Part shown: piece by piece, positions 30,068 to 40,351 of the stretch | Numbering within the stretch: position 1 is the stretch's first letter | Layout of the letters: each line of letters starts with the position of its first letter | The notes under the pieces: generated by a model | Seen by the model: the letters and a program-made list of their open reading frames with translations, nothing else | The model's database searches: none | What the model was told of the DNA's origin: nothing | Position numbers and translations under genes: made by a program | DNA from: a virus | Virus record (IMG/VR): IMGVR_UViG_3300037462_000758 | Coordinates: 7,578-71,577 of that record | Reading direction: 5' to 3' (one strand) | Length of the DNA: 64,000 nt

Positions 30068-30539
30068 AAACGGCGAGGAAGTCGTTTTTGAAGATGTTGT
30101 AAAAATCAGTGTTGGCGGAAGTAGCGAGTTTGCTACACGTGGCGGCGTTTATGGTGTAGAAGCGTTGAAGTTGGGTATTAGTGCGATTGCCGGAGGAGTG
30201 AAATTGGCAACTAATCCATCTTCTGGCGGCTCAGTTTTTGACCTTCTGCAAAACGGTTGGAGCGCAATTCAGCGCTGGCGCGAAATGTGGAACGAGGTAC
30301 GGGAATTGGATTGGGACGATGCCGTCGCTTTGGGTAAGCACGTTGCAAGTGAACTAATGCCCGTTATCGGCGGTTTGTTTGGTATGAAAGCACCACTTAT
30401 TGCTTCCGACAAATTCCGCGCTTTGGAGCCGTTTTGCAACACTCGTTCTGAAATGGATGATGAAGTGTATGCAAAACTTGGCAATATCGCTTACACCGAG
30501 ATTTTCCCACAATTCGCGGTCGAGGGTTTGGCAGCATGA
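30036..30539 (+). CDS. Hypothetical protein
   Basis: 167 aa, overlaps both neighbours. Confidence 0.65.
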   Translation: MSKATVTISRKNGEEVVFEDVVKISVGGSSEFATRGGVYGVEALKLGISAIAGGVKLATNPSSGGSVFDLLQNGWSAIQRWREMWNEVRELDWDDAVALGKHVASELMPVIGGLFGMKAPLIASDKFRALEPFCNTRSEMDDEVYAKLGNIAYTEIFPQFAVEGLAA

Positions 30540-31378
30540 GCATCTTCATCTTTCGCCGCAAGGGGTACAAAATCCCCATTGACCCCAAGCGGCTGCACAC
30601 ACTTCATTTCGGGCTGAATGCTTACCAGCGCTCTCCCCTGAAATTGTGCGTTAATGACGTGAAAGCAATCATACCACTCTACGAACAATGGGGCGTATTG
30701 CCGCGCAATATGGTCGCTATGTATGACGGTGATTGCGACACGCAGAATATGAAAAAAGCCCTGCAAGACCTTGTGAAACGTGCAAATCCTTACGACTACG
30801 TTGCTATTCAGTATAGCGGTCACGCTTCTAACTTGCCTTGTCTGGATGAGATTGACGGAAAAATGGAAATCCTCTGTCCGATTGATATTCACAAGGATTT
30901 TGAGAAGTATAACGTCAGCGATGACTTTATCTGCGAGATTCTTACACAACTTTCGCAAAAGTACGTTACCACTGCACTGATTCCTATGGACTGCTGCCAT
31001 ACAGGCGGTATGACAAGAACTCTGAGCGGCATCATTACACCACCTTCCCACGCACGCTATCTCCCTGCTCCTGCCGAAGCGGTATACCGCGACACGCGGC
31101 ATTATCGCTCTGTGCGTGAGACGTTCAAAGAATCTAATCGAGCATTTATGATTGGAGGCTGCGAAGGGCATCAGGTAAGCTACGAATATGCAAAAGCTGG
31201 TCATGGTGCCTTAACGTGGGCAATGCTTGAGGCTTGGAAAAAAGGTGCAAGCATGACACCACGCAAATTGCACCAGAGCGTTTACAAGCAAGTAACGACT
31301 GTCTTTCCTGAGCAGCATCCGGTGTTAGAAGGTAATGAGACGCTTTTTGATTTGCCGTTTTTTACTCCGCTAACGTAA
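30536..31378 (+). CDS. Caspase-family (C14, metacaspase-like) protease
   Basis: GLNAY...L..CVND, YSGH, DE.DG..E.LCP.D, DCCHTG, HGALT, Q.P.L.G. Confidence 0.9.
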   Translation: MSIFIFRRKGYKIPIDPKRLHTLHFGLNAYQRSPLKLCVNDVKAIIPLYEQWGVLPRNMVAMYDGDCDTQNMKKALQDLVKRANPYDYVAIQYSGHASNLPCLDEIDGKMEILCPIDIHKDFEKYNVSDDFICEILTQLSQKYVTTALIPMDCCHTGGMTRTLSGIITPPSHARYLPAPAEAVYRDTRHYRSVRETFKESNRAFMIGGCEGHQVSYEYAKAGHGALTWAMLEAWKKGASMTPRKLHQSVYKQVTTVFPEQHPVLEGNETLFDLPFFTPLT

Positions 31379-31443
31379 CTCTGAGCTACTTGAATTCACT
31401 TTAATTATTTACTCAATTTTCTCAACTTAATTCTGTTTTTATT

Positions 31444-31884
31444 ATGGATAACTTAACACTAACAACTTCAAGCACTAACATCGCGCTTCCGGCAGATGGA
31501 TCGCCGATAAATGTCCCTTTGTATACTGGCATTCCATCTGGTAGAAATGATGGTCAAGTATATCTAAAATTTGGGAATGATGATGACCCAAGTACTACTG
31601 ATGGTTCTAATAATACATTTTTCAGCATCAATGGAAATTTTCAGTGGCCGGGAATGATGATTTTTGTTAATCAAGACCCTGACAATGAAACTACCGTGAA
31701 TACTATTACCGTTGCACGAAATACCAATAGTTTTTGGAATACAAGCAATAAAAATGTGAGAGTTCGCTTAAGTGACGAAGGAGGTTATACAGACCTTGTA
31801 CTTACTTTTAATTCGCCCACCAGCAATCCTCCTGTAGATGATGAAGATTGGCGGCCAAGTGGACCTAATCGGTATAATCCTTAA
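31444..31884 (+). CDS. Hypothetical beta-rich protein
   Basis: 146 aa, lower GC, ends RPSGPNRYNP. Confidence 0.6.
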   Translation: MDNLTLTTSSTNIALPADGSPINVPLYTGIPSGRNDGQVYLKFGNDDDPSTTDGSNNTFFSINGNFQWPGMMIFVNQDPDNETTVNTITVARNTNSFWNTSNKNVRVRLSDEGGYTDLVLTFNSPTSNPPVDDEDWRPSGPNRYNP

Positions 31885-31899
31885 TAGAAAAAATCTATT

Positions 31900-32229
31900 A
31901 TGACCGTCGAAGAACTCTTGATGATTTTCCGTACCGAACCGCACACGACCAAGCGTCGTGTGCTGGTTGCGGAATTGCACCGTGTCAAGCGGGGTATCAG
32001 ACTCCGTACCCCGCCTGACGGTGTTGTTTCCCGCATTGTCTTTGAGTTTGACACGGGCAAATACCGAACCGTCGAAGAGTTTATCGAATCGCTCCACCTT
32101 GTTGAACGCTCTACCACGCTGCACCTTCTTGATAATCGTACTTGGTACGACGTTGCCGATATAAAGGTCGAAAACCAACAGTATTACAATCTCATTTTAC
32201 AGCGCAATGAAACTCGAAATGATACTTGA
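31900..32229 (+). CDS. Hypothetical protein
   Basis: ATG ORF in operon order. Confidence 0.55.
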   Translation: MTVEELLMIFRTEPHTTKRRVLVAELHRVKRGIRLRTPPDGVVSRIVFEFDTGKYRTVEEFIESLHLVERSTTLHLLDNRTWYDVADIKVENQQYYNLILQRNETRNDT

Positions 32230-32515
32230 TTTCGCAAAGAAGCATCTTTCCACAGTGAATGAAACCCCTACATTCACGCCGATTCGGGTACAAGTTGGCA
32301 ATGGAGATGATGCCGACGCGGAAATACTCGCAATCGCAGACAACACAATTATTCTTGGCACTCGTGGAACAGTACGCCTCCCTTTTCACCGCTTAGGTAC
32401 CCGCTCTGAAACGGAAATTGTTATACAAATGCCTGACGGTAGCCCAAAGTCTGCATTTAGTCTTGCGCGTGGGGTGCTGGAAGGCACAACAAAAACGCTA
32501 TTGATTCAGGTATAA
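32207..32515 (+). CDS. Hypothetical protein
   Basis: ATG ORF overlapping previous gene. Confidence 0.55.
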   Translation: MKLEMILDFAKKHLSTVNETPTFTPIRVQVGNGDDADAEILAIADNTIILGTRGTVRLPFHRLGTRSETEIVIQMPDGSPKSAFSLARGVLEGTTKTLLIQV

Positions 32516-32526
32516 GAACAGAACAC

Positions 32527-34161
32527 ATGGGAACATTGTTCAATACCACCCAAAAAGAGCCGGACGGCAGTGAATTTGCCCTACCCCGACACTTGGAAGA
32601 AATTTACCCAGGCGATCTTGGTGATGTTCTGACGCTTACAGCACAAGGGTACGCGGCAAAGCCGCTCGGAACTTTTACAGGTACGAATGGGCAACAGTAT
32701 TTTGCCGAAGTGCTTACCATTGCTACACCGAACATCATTCCCCCGCTATCCTTTCGACCGAAGTTTTCAACGCGGGATGTGATGATGATTATTGGCGACG
32801 GATGGCTCTGTCCGCGTGTTGAGCAAGGCGGGTTTACGGTCAATGCCTCAACAGGTGTTGTTACCATTACGCCCGGTGCAGAATATACGTTGTATGCGGG
32901 ATTGGAAGTAACATTTGTCTATGCAACCGATGATAATATTGCTCCGCCCACAATTACCGCAATTTCTCCGAACAGTGTCAGTGTTGGTGATACGCTGATA
33001 ATTACAGGAACAGGTTTCACCGCAAATGCTCTGGTTCAGCTTGCCGGACAGACCGTTACAGCAACCTATATCAGTTCTACCGAATTGCGTGTCGTCATTC
33101 CCGCGCAGAACTTTAGCGGAAATACGGTGTATGTCCGAACGGTAACAGGTGATGCAACGGTGAACGGGTTTAATTTCGTTGCTCCTGTGCCGACTATAAG
33201 CAGCTTCACACCGACATCGCAGCAGGCAGGAAATACCGTAGTCATTACGGGAACAAACTTTGTGGGTATTACCGCCGTTCGTTTCGGAGGTGTAAATGCG
33301 CAATCTTTTGTTGTAAACTCCCCAACGCAAATAACGGCAACAGTAGGTGGTGGTGCAAATGGCGCTGTAACGGTAGAGAACTTATACGGTACAGGCTCAC
33401 GGAATGGGTTCACGTACATAGAAACCGTTCCTACAATTACCGGGTTCTTCCCGACTTTGGCGGCGCAAGGTGCAGCAGTTGTTATTACCGGAACAAACCT
33501 TAGTGCAGTGACACAAGTACAATTTGGCGACGTTAATGCGCAATCCTTTACGATTGATTCAATAACGCAGATAACGGCAATAGTTGGTACAGGAGCAAGC
33601 GGCAGTGTTTCGGTAACAAATCCTTCAGGTACAGCATCGTTGGCAGGGTTTAAGCATGGGGTAATACTTCCTTTTCCAAACGCTCCAAACCGCTTGGCTA
33701 CAGGGTTTACAGGGACGCTTGCAAATGGTGTGAGCTACACCGTGCGAGCCTCAAAAGACTGGAACACTAATGGTTGGACAGCCTTTGATAACCCCATAAA
33801 CGTATTTCCAAGCATTTCGTACTGGTACGCAACGGGTGTCACGGGAATCAACGAATGGATTGAAATAGAGTTTTCCGATGCAATAACAATAGGCTCCGTA
33901 GATATAATCCCATTTCCCTTAGGTTATCAGCCAACAGATTTTAGTTTCCTGCTTGCCGATACGCACAATGCTGCGGGTACAGGATACAGCACTGTTTTTA
34001 CGCGTATAAATGAAACATGGGCAGGTACAAATGACGAAACTAAAAACTATGTCATTCCAGTTGCTAACCGCGCAGCGCGGAAAATTTTTCGCATGGCTGT
34101 TAGTGCAACAGTTTCATTTGGCAATTATCCCGCAATTTATTCCATAATTTTGAAACCGTAG
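32527..34161 (+). CDS. Virion surface protein with three IPT/TIG repeats and discoidin-like C-terminal domain
   Basis: P.IT..SP......G..V.ITGTNF x3; W.AFD...EWIEI.F. Confidence 0.8.
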   Translation: MGTLFNTTQKEPDGSEFALPRHLEEIYPGDLGDVLTLTAQGYAAKPLGTFTGTNGQQYFAEVLTIATPNIIPPLSFRPKFSTRDVMMIIGDGWLCPRVEQGGFTVNASTGVVTITPGAEYTLYAGLEVTFVYATDDNIAPPTITAISPNSVSVGDTLIITGTGFTANALVQLAGQTVTATYISSTELRVVIPAQNFSGNTVYVRTVTGDATVNGFNFVAPVPTISSFTPTSQQAGNTVVITGTNFVGITAVRFGGVNAQSFVVNSPTQITATVGGGANGAVTVENLYGTGSRNGFTYIETVPTITGFFPTLAAQGAAVVITGTNLSAVTQVQFGDVNAQSFTIDSITQITAIVGTGASGSVSVTNPSGTASLAGFKHGVILPFPNAPNRLATGFTGTLANGVSYTVRASKDWNTNGWTAFDNPINVFPSISYWYATGVTGINEWIEIEFSDAITIGSVDIIPFPLGYQPTDFSFLLADTHNAAGTGYSTVFTRINETWAGTNDETKNYVIPVANRAARKIFRMAVSATVSFGNYPAIYSIILKP

Positions 34162-34165
34162 GTTT

Positions 34166-36235
34166 ATGGGCGCTCTCAAACGCATACCTCTCGAATTCAT
34201 CCAGAAGTTCGGTCCCCGCAACCTCCTTCAACAAGGGGCGCAGGACGGAGCAAGCATCATTTGGAGTAATACTTTGGGTGAGTATGCGCCGGGAAATCCT
34301 GTAGCTGTGTTCGGAAACAACACGTTTTTAGGTCGTGTTTCGGAGGTAAACGTGCAAGGAAGCGCAACGACAAGCGTTGTCGGAAACCGCGCAACAATCA
34401 ATGTCAGTGCTGGTGCAATTTCAGTTAATGGTCAAAGTGCCTCGCAAATAATCACGGGAACAAACATAACCGCAAGTGTTTCGGGCGGAGTAGCAACGCT
34501 GAATGTCTCAAGCGGCAGCGCAGGTGTATCGCTGTTCAATACTCTTGGAACAAACGGTTTAGTCGCTACTCCCGGGTTTTCAACCTCGCACAACATCAAA
34601 AGTCTTGTTCAAGGAAGCGGCATCACCATAACAGATTTCGGAACGTACTTGCAAATCGGAGCTACCGCAAGCAGTGGCGGCGGCTTAATTGGTACAACCG
34701 GAAATGGGCTTACCGTTAGTTCTAATCAAGTATCACTGTCGCTTGCAACAACAAGTAGCCCGGGTGCAATGCCTGCGTTTTCGGGTAGTTCTGCTCATTT
34801 CTTGCGCGGCGATGGTTTTTGGGGCATACTTGGAGCATCGGCGGTTACTTCGTTCAATGGCGCTACGGGCGCGATAAATTGGGTAAATGGCACAAATTCT
34901 ACGGTTGTCAATTTGGGTGGAGGAAACTTTCGCTTAGATGTTACCGGAGGTGGTGGTACGAGCGGTCACACTATCGGCAACGGTGCGCTTGGTGCGGGTA
35001 TTGTCAGCATACCGGGATTTTCTACTTCACATACACTGAAAGGCTTGCTGGGTACAGGCGGGACAACTGTAACCGACATGGGTTCGCATATTGTTATTAA
35101 CTCAACATTGGGTGGCGGCTCAAACAGCATTGAAGTGCGTCAAAACAGCATGATTGTAAACTCGCTCACGTCAATCCTGAATTTTACAGGTGCGGGGGTA
35201 ACAGCGACAAACAATGCCGGAATCGTGGATATTCACATCCCGGGCGGCTCCGGTGGCGGCATCACAGGCATTTCGCTGAACGGTGTTGGTAATTACAGCA
35301 ACATCATTTTTTCGGGCGCTGGTGTTTCGGTGAGTGGCAACATCATTACCATTCTTGGTGGCTCAGGCGGTGGTTCACTTATTGGCTTCTCCGGTAATGG
35401 ATTAAGCGTAACAAGCAATTCGGTTTCGCTTGCAATGGCTTCGGGTGCGAATGCAGGTGCAATGCCGCTTTTGTCAATGAATGGTACGCAATACCTCAAT
35501 GGTTTGGGGCAATGGGTAACGCCGAGCGTCGGCGTTGCGGGTGTAACGGCAATAAACAGCACCACAGGCGCAATCACCCTCCAAAGCGGCACAAACACGA
35601 ACATTGTGGCGCTGGGCGGTGGAGTTTTTCGATTTGACGCTACGGCTGGATCGGGCGGTGTAACAAGTGTAGTGAGCAATAGCCCTTTCCTCAATGCAAC
35701 TATCGGCGGTTCACTGTTGACACTTGACACAGGAGGCATTACACAGATGCTTACCAATAGCTGGGATGCTGTAACTCGGACACTAACATTGCAAGAATAC
35801 ATCACTAGCAAAGGCATTACAACTGGCGTAACCACACGGGGTTTTACACTGCCAACGCTCCCCGTTTCTGCTACTTTTGCAGACTTGTTGTTTTGGAACG
35901 GCACAACTTGGCAGCCGACCAGCGACATCCAAAACAACCCCAACAGTTTTGCACGGATGCGAATCAATTCAGGCGTAACGAACAATCAAGTTACGGTAAC
36001 AAACACAACAGTTTCTATACTTGCTGGTAATGCACCCGTTTCAATTGGTTCTAGTTCATATATTCATATTGGACACGACCCTTCGCTTAACGCTACGGCT
36101 ATAAGAATAGGCACAGCAACAAACACACTAGGTTTTTTTGGGTCTTTAGGCATAAACAAACCAAACGTGTTAACAGGAGACTTAGCATCAACACAGACAG
36201 CTCTCAAAAATCTTGGACTAATCAATCTTGTTTAA
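34166..36235 (+). CDS. Gly/Ser/Thr-rich tail fibre
   Basis: Repeats PGFSTSH.., VTS.NG.TGA, FLRGDG.W and YLNG.GQW. Confidence 0.8.
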   Translation: MGALKRIPLEFIQKFGPRNLLQQGAQDGASIIWSNTLGEYAPGNPVAVFGNNTFLGRVSEVNVQGSATTSVVGNRATINVSAGAISVNGQSASQIITGTNITASVSGGVATLNVSSGSAGVSLFNTLGTNGLVATPGFSTSHNIKSLVQGSGITITDFGTYLQIGATASSGGGLIGTTGNGLTVSSNQVSLSLATTSSPGAMPAFSGSSAHFLRGDGFWGILGASAVTSFNGATGAINWVNGTNSTVVNLGGGNFRLDVTGGGGTSGHTIGNGALGAGIVSIPGFSTSHTLKGLLGTGGTTVTDMGSHIVINSTLGGGSNSIEVRQNSMIVNSLTSILNFTGAGVTATNNAGIVDIHIPGGSGGGITGISLNGVGNYSNIIFSGAGVSVSGNIITILGGSGGGSLIGFSGNGLSVTSNSVSLAMASGANAGAMPLLSMNGTQYLNGLGQWVTPSVGVAGVTAINSTTGAITLQSGTNTNIVALGGGVFRFDATAGSGGVTSVVSNSPFLNATIGGSLLTLDTGGITQMLTNSWDAVTRTLTLQEYITSKGITTGVTTRGFTLPTLPVSATFADLLFWNGTTWQPTSDIQNNPNSFARMRINSGVTNNQVTVTNTTVSILAGNAPVSIGSSSYIHIGHDPSLNATAIRIGTATNTLGFFGSLGINKPNVLTGDLASTQTALKNLGLINLV

Positions 36236-36251
36236 TTTTTACACAAAAGTC

Positions 36252-36719
36252 ATGGAAATTATTGCATACCGAAAATTGCGAAAAGCAAACCAAGTGAGCC
36301 TGCGCCCTATACTCGGCTCAGACGGAAAATTTACTGTTGAACTGAAGCAAACTATTGGGCTGGACGACAAAACCGAGCGCGAGAATATCGTTCAGGGGCT
36401 GACTCCTGCTGTGATTGAGGACAACATTGTTATTATCAAGCAGCAACTTCAAAACGGCATCGTCCAAAATGGACAGGTTGTTCGTCAAGGATTGGTGAGT
36501 ATTGACCAACAAATTGAAAATCTTGAAAACAGCATCCGCAACCTGAAAACAACACGGGAGCAAATGTTAGAAGATAATGAGAGCGTTATCAAAGACTTAG
36601 AATCCCTGAAAAGTGATGTGGAAGTTGAACTCAATCTAGCAAAAGAAAAGTATGAGAAAGAATTAGATGCTGTTGTCACTAACGTGAAGCGTTCTGTGGA
36701 AAGTCCAACAAATAAGTAA
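36252..36719 (+). CDS. Coiled-coil protein (possible fibre chaperone)
   Basis: Heptad-rich, last gene of the late operon. Confidence 0.55.
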   Translation: MEIIAYRKLRKANQVSLRPILGSDGKFTVELKQTIGLDDKTERENIVQGLTPAVIEDNIVIIKQQLQNGIVQNGQVVRQGLVSIDQQIENLENSIRNLKTTREQMLEDNESVIKDLESLKSDVEVELNLAKEKYEKELDAVVTNVKRSVESPTNK

Positions 36720-36764
36720 GTTCCCCTAACGCTCTACGCACACAAGAGCGTTTCTTGCGGTATC

Positions 36765-36805
36765 GCCGCTTGCTACATTTTTGGGGAGCAAGCGGCTTCC
36801 TTTTT
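36765..36805. terminator. Terminator between convergent transcripts
   Basis: GCCGCTTGCT...AGCAAGCGGC + TTCCTTTTT. Confidence 0.65.
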
Positions 36806-37358
36806 ATTGGGATTGTGGTATTGTTTGTGCTTCATCAATCGCAACAACCCTAGAAAATGAGCGCTCTTCGGGCGGCACAAAGTCTAACTGTAAAAGTGCA
36901 AACAAGTCCTCTTCTTCAAACACGGCAACACGCTCCCCATCTCGCGTTAAGTACCCTCCTTCTGACCTATAACCGTTCTTCACCCATGCGGCACCCAGCA
37001 CGTATGCCGAAAAGTCGGCGCTGCCTGTCCGTACGGCATAAATCAAGCCCCAATTTTCGCGGGTACACATAAATATATCTGCTTTTATACCTTCCGGCAA
37101 CACGCGCTGCGTATAGCGCCCTGTTGGCTCACCTTTGACCTTTTCAAGTGCATTGACAATGCGGCAAAACTCAGGGTGCGCCTCTGTTGCAGAGCCGAAC
37201 ATATCTACAACTACTTGTTTCGGGATGCAGACAATTTCAATGTCTTTAACCTCCGGTTTTTGACGGCGAATAGAGCCGGCAATTTCGATGCGGTCGCAAA
37301 ATGGCGCAAGAACATCCTTGAGACGTTGTGCAAGTGGTAAGGCTTCGTGTAAGGTCAT
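36804..37358 (-). CDS. Minimal X-family DNA polymerase / nucleotidyltransferase
   Basis: AGSIRR.K..V.DIE, RTGSA.F, EE..F..L.L.F.PPE.R. Confidence 0.85.
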   Translation of the reverse strand: MTLHEALPLAQRLKDVLAPFCDRIEIAGSIRRQKPEVKDIEIVCIPKQVVVDMFGSATEAHPEFCRIVNALEKVKGEPTGRYTQRVLPEGIKADIFMCTRENWGLIYAVRTGSADFSAYVLGAAWVKNGYRSEGGYLTRDGERVAVFEEEDLFALLQLDFVPPEERSFSRVVAIDEAQTIPQSQ

Positions 37359-37395
37359 TTGTTACGTGGTTGGTGGATTACCTTAGTGGATTGTA

Positions 37396-37848
37396 TCATT
37401 TTGCACGGTACTTCACCGGAATATGGTCAGCTATGTTTTTTCCTTCAAACTCCACACCGCGTAGCACCCTGTTGAACGAGAACTGTTTGACAATCGTTGT
37501 TTGGTCTTCGTACCTACGCAAAAGAACGGTTTTATCGCCTAAGAGAGCCTCGACAAACCGCGTTGCCTCCGCAGCAAGTGTTTGTACCGAATCAACGGAA
37601 ATACCGTGTTGTAGCGCCTGCTTTCGTGCTTGCTTGAGGTTTGTATCAAAGGTGTCCAATGTGTCTTTGGGGTTCGGCATACGCACACGGACGGAAAACA
37701 CGTGCTTTTTACGATAGACAACTTCGTAAGTGTCGCCGTCAATCACGCGCCGTACCTTGACTTTGAGGCTGTCTTTGGTCAAGTAAGGCTGTGCTTGGGT
37801 TTGGAAAAACGGAAATAACAGCAGGAAAAATGTAAAAAATAGTTTCAT
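37396..37848 (-). CDS. Thermonuclease (SNase)-family protein with signal peptide
   Basis: V.RVIDGDT, VR....DT, F.R.L. Confidence 0.7.
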   Translation of the reverse strand: MKLFFTFFLLLFPFFQTQAQPYLTKDSLKVKVRRVIDGDTYEVVYRKKHVFSVRVRMPNPKDTLDTFDTNLKQARKQALQHGISVDSVQTLAAEATRFVEALLGDKTVLLRRYEDQTTIVKQFSFNRVLRGVEFEGKNIADHIPVKYRAK

Positions 37849-38162
37849 AGTGCTTTGAGTATTAGCCAAACAAAATCTGTATCTTCTTCAAAGATGACTT
37901 CAGACACCTTCACGCAATCCTCAAACGAAATTTGCTTTAGTTTGCCGTTTTCGTACCTTTTCCCATATTTACCATCATCAAATTTTATGTTTTTTTCTAT
38001 CGCAATTTTTTCAAGATGTGTCAGACCTTTGCTCAACCAAACCATATCATCTACTCGTGGCAGAGATGGTAATGTGCATTCGTAATAACATTCTCTGAAG
38101 TCTCCTCCTGTAATTCCAATTCTTACTTTAACCATAGTGTTACTCCTGCTCATAAACATCAT
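37845..38162 (-). CDS. Hypothetical protein
   Basis: ORF in leftward early operon. Confidence 0.5.
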   Translation of the reverse strand: MMFMSRSNTMVKVRIGITGGDFRECYYECTLPSLPRVDDMVWLSKGLTHLEKIAIEKNIKFDDGKYGKRYENGKLKQISFEDCVKVSEVIFEEDTDFVWLILKAL

Positions 38163-38529
38163 ATTCTAATGGCTCATCTTTTAATTGGTAAACACCAAAA
38201 AACGCTTTCAACCCTTGTTCACCATTACCATCAAGATAAGCGCGATGTAGTATTTTCAGATTTGACAAAAACTCTTCTTGAATATAGGCGTAAAGAGCGG
38301 GTTGATGCTCATACAATGCCATGTCAAACGTTTCATTTTGCCAATCCTCACTAAATTCATATTGCTCAGGCACATTATTAAAGTATCTTAATGCCCTTGC
38401 GGTATTATGAATCATACCACTTAAACTCACGGTCATACCTTGTTGCTGCGTTTCCGCTTTTTCTTTCGGTTGAGTTGAATTCTGTATTTGCTCTCGTAGA
38501 GCAACATCACGAATTTGTGGAATTTGCAT
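38140..38529 (-). CDS. Hypothetical protein
   Basis: ORF in leftward early operon. Confidence 0.55.
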   Translation of the reverse strand: MQIPQIRDVALREQIQNSTQPKEKAETQQQGMTVSLSGMIHNTARALRYFNNVPEQYEFSEDWQNETFDMALYEHQPALYAYIQEEFLSNLKILHRAYLDGNGEQGLKAFFGVYQLKDEPLEYDVYEQE

Positions 38530-39034
38530 TTTCTTTATTCCTTGATGTTTTTGAAGTTTTAGGAATTAAGCGCCTGAGCGCGTTTCTACTGATTATTTCT
38601 TCTTGTCCGTTGTCCAAAAACCGCACCATTGCACTGTTCTGTTTACCACGCGCAACAACAATGCAGATTCTATCAAACATCTGTGAGCGTTTTTCGTTGT
38701 TTTTCCACTTGTACACATAGAGCGTTCCTAGATCTTGCTGAAGTTTTTGCATGAAACTCCACATTGCACCTTCTACACTCTCAACAATCTCCGTCAATGC
38801 AGGTTGTAGGGCTTTCAGTGTAGTTTTTCCGCTCTGCGAAAAGTTCTGAAAAACTGCGCCTAATTCTTGTAAGGTCTTTTCGTCAATCTGAATATTTGGC
38901 ATCGCATCAAGCAATCGCTCAATAAACCCCAGACTGTTGAAAGCGCTCGTATTCTCGGACGGCATCGGGTAACTCCTTTCTGTATCGTTCTTGCCACTGT
39001 TGGCGTTGTTCATCGTTGCAAAACAGCACATCAA
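38507..39034 (-). CDS. Hypothetical protein (start uncertain)
   Basis: C-terminal Y.W.NN.KR...RG..NS....F..G...I.SRNALR small domain. Confidence 0.5.
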   Translation of the reverse strand: MMCCFATMNNANSGKNDTERSYPMPSENTSAFNSLGFIERLLDAMPNIQIDEKTLQELGAVFQNFSQSGKTTLKALQPALTEIVESVEGAMWSFMQKLQQDLGTLYVYKWKNNEKRSQMFDRICIVVARGKQNSAMVRFLDNGQEEIISRNALRRLIPKTSKTSRNKENANSTNS

Positions 39035-39536
39035 TTAAGTGTCGGCGCATGGCTGCAAGGGTGTCGTCCCGTTCAAGTTCCAATTCCGCAACCCGCTCGT
39101 GTTGCAGCATTACTTTTTCATGCAAAGCATCATTGCAAGTTTGCGCTTCTGCAAGTTGTCTGTGAAGAGTTTGAATCTGTTGTATGAGTTCAAGACGCTC
39201 CTGCTCTTGATTCGCGATAAGTAAGTTATTTTGCGTGTCATGGTCTGCATCCAAAGAATTCATCACCGAGCGACCTGTGAAGATACACTCTAGTTTTTCG
39301 TTGATGTAGGAGATTTGGGTGTCGTGCAATGGAAGCTCATTGCCGGAGTGCGTGTTGCAATCGGTGAAATCAATTCCTGCGCGATGTGCATACTCGCAAG
39401 CGTTGATATACTCGTTGATAAGCCCGTTAAATTCGATAAAAGGGTGATTACCTATGTAAAAAGCGTGTTTGTAAAACACATTAGAAGCCTCACGCATTTG
39501 CTGAAGCATTTGTTCTCGTTCTTGAGCGTTTGCCAT
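38919..39536 (-). CDS. Hypothetical phage protein with coiled coil
   Basis: HPFIEF.GL.NEYI..C motif; GGAGG upstream. Confidence 0.65.
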   Translation of the reverse strand: MANAQEREQMLQQMREASNVFYKHAFYIGNHPFIEFNGLINEYINACEYAHRAGIDFTDCNTHSGNELPLHDTQISYINEKLECIFTGRSVMNSLDADHDTQNNLLIANQEQERLELIQQIQTLHRQLAEAQTCNDALHEKVMLQHERVAELELERDDTLAAMRRHLIDVLFCNDEQRQQWQERYRKELPDAVREYERFQQSGVY

Positions 39537-39538
39537 GG

Positions 39539-40351
39539 TTATTCCTCCGTTTTTGCCGGACGTTGGCGTTTGTCTGAACCGTTGTAGCGCAGGTGATATA
39601 CCCAATCACGCTGGTTGAGCCTTGAGGCAATGCGCTCGTAGCCGTCTATCATTGCTAATTCCTCGACCGCATAATTTGAGGTAAAAAACGTCGGTTTGAA
39701 ATTGGCGTAACGGTGTTCTATGATTGATGTAAAGCCGCTCATCGAAAAAGCAGAGCCGTACTCTGTACCCAAGTCATCAAGAAACAAGACATCACAGCTT
39801 TTCACGAGGTTGATTTCTTCTTTTTTGCGTGGACTGGAAATTTTATCAAAAAATACTTCCTCCAACATTCCAGCGCTATAAAACCGCACATTTGCGGCAA
39901 ATTGCCGCATGATGTACCGTGCGCATAAGCCCATAAGCATACTTTTTCCCACACCGACAACGCCGTTAATGAAGAATCCTCGCGGCTCTTTGTGGATATT
40001 TCCGCAAAATTCTTCCAGCAAGATTTCTTGCACTTTGCGGTACATCTGCTCCGGCATATACTCCCATTCCCCTGTTGTGTAGCGGGGATAGAATCCTGCA
40101 ATTTCCATGCGTCGCCGTGCTTCTTCGATTCCCAAAGCGGGGATATGCGCACGAACTGACTTATGAAATCTCGATAGACTCTTCGGGCGGCTCTGAACCT
40201 GTGTTGGTGATAGGTTTTGGTTTTCCTCGGTTGTTACCGTTGTTCTTGCCTGAAGGTCTTGAAGCAGCTTCTGACCTGCTTCCGTAGGTATTCTTAGTTC
40301 CATTCCAGAACTCCTTGCGCTGGTTACGAATTGCGGTTTGAAGGATTTCAA
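39539..40351 (-). CDS. DnaC/IstB-like AAA+ helicase loader (start uncertain)
   Basis: G.VGVGKS Walker A, LFLDDLG.E, RY....PT..TSN, RI.SRL. Confidence 0.9.
   Translation of the reverse strand: MKSFKPQFVTSARSSGMELRIPTEAGQKLLQDLQARTTVTTEENQNLSPTQVQSRPKSLSRFHKSVRAHIPALGIEEARRRMEIAGFYPRYTTGEWEYMPEQMYRKVQEILLEEFCGNIHKEPRGFFINGVVGVGKSMLMGLCARYIMRQFAANVRFYSAGMLEEVFFDKISSPRKKEEINLVKSCDVLFLDDLGTEYGSAFSMSGFTSIIEHRYANFKPTFFTSNYAVEELAMIDGYERIASRLNQRDWVYHLRYNGSDKRQRPAKTEE

Noticed and set aside
32527-36235. DGR target or invertible fibre cassette
   Set aside because: No reverse transcriptase, no adenine-specific TR/VR pair or inverted fibre tips seen; repeats are ordinary domain repeats
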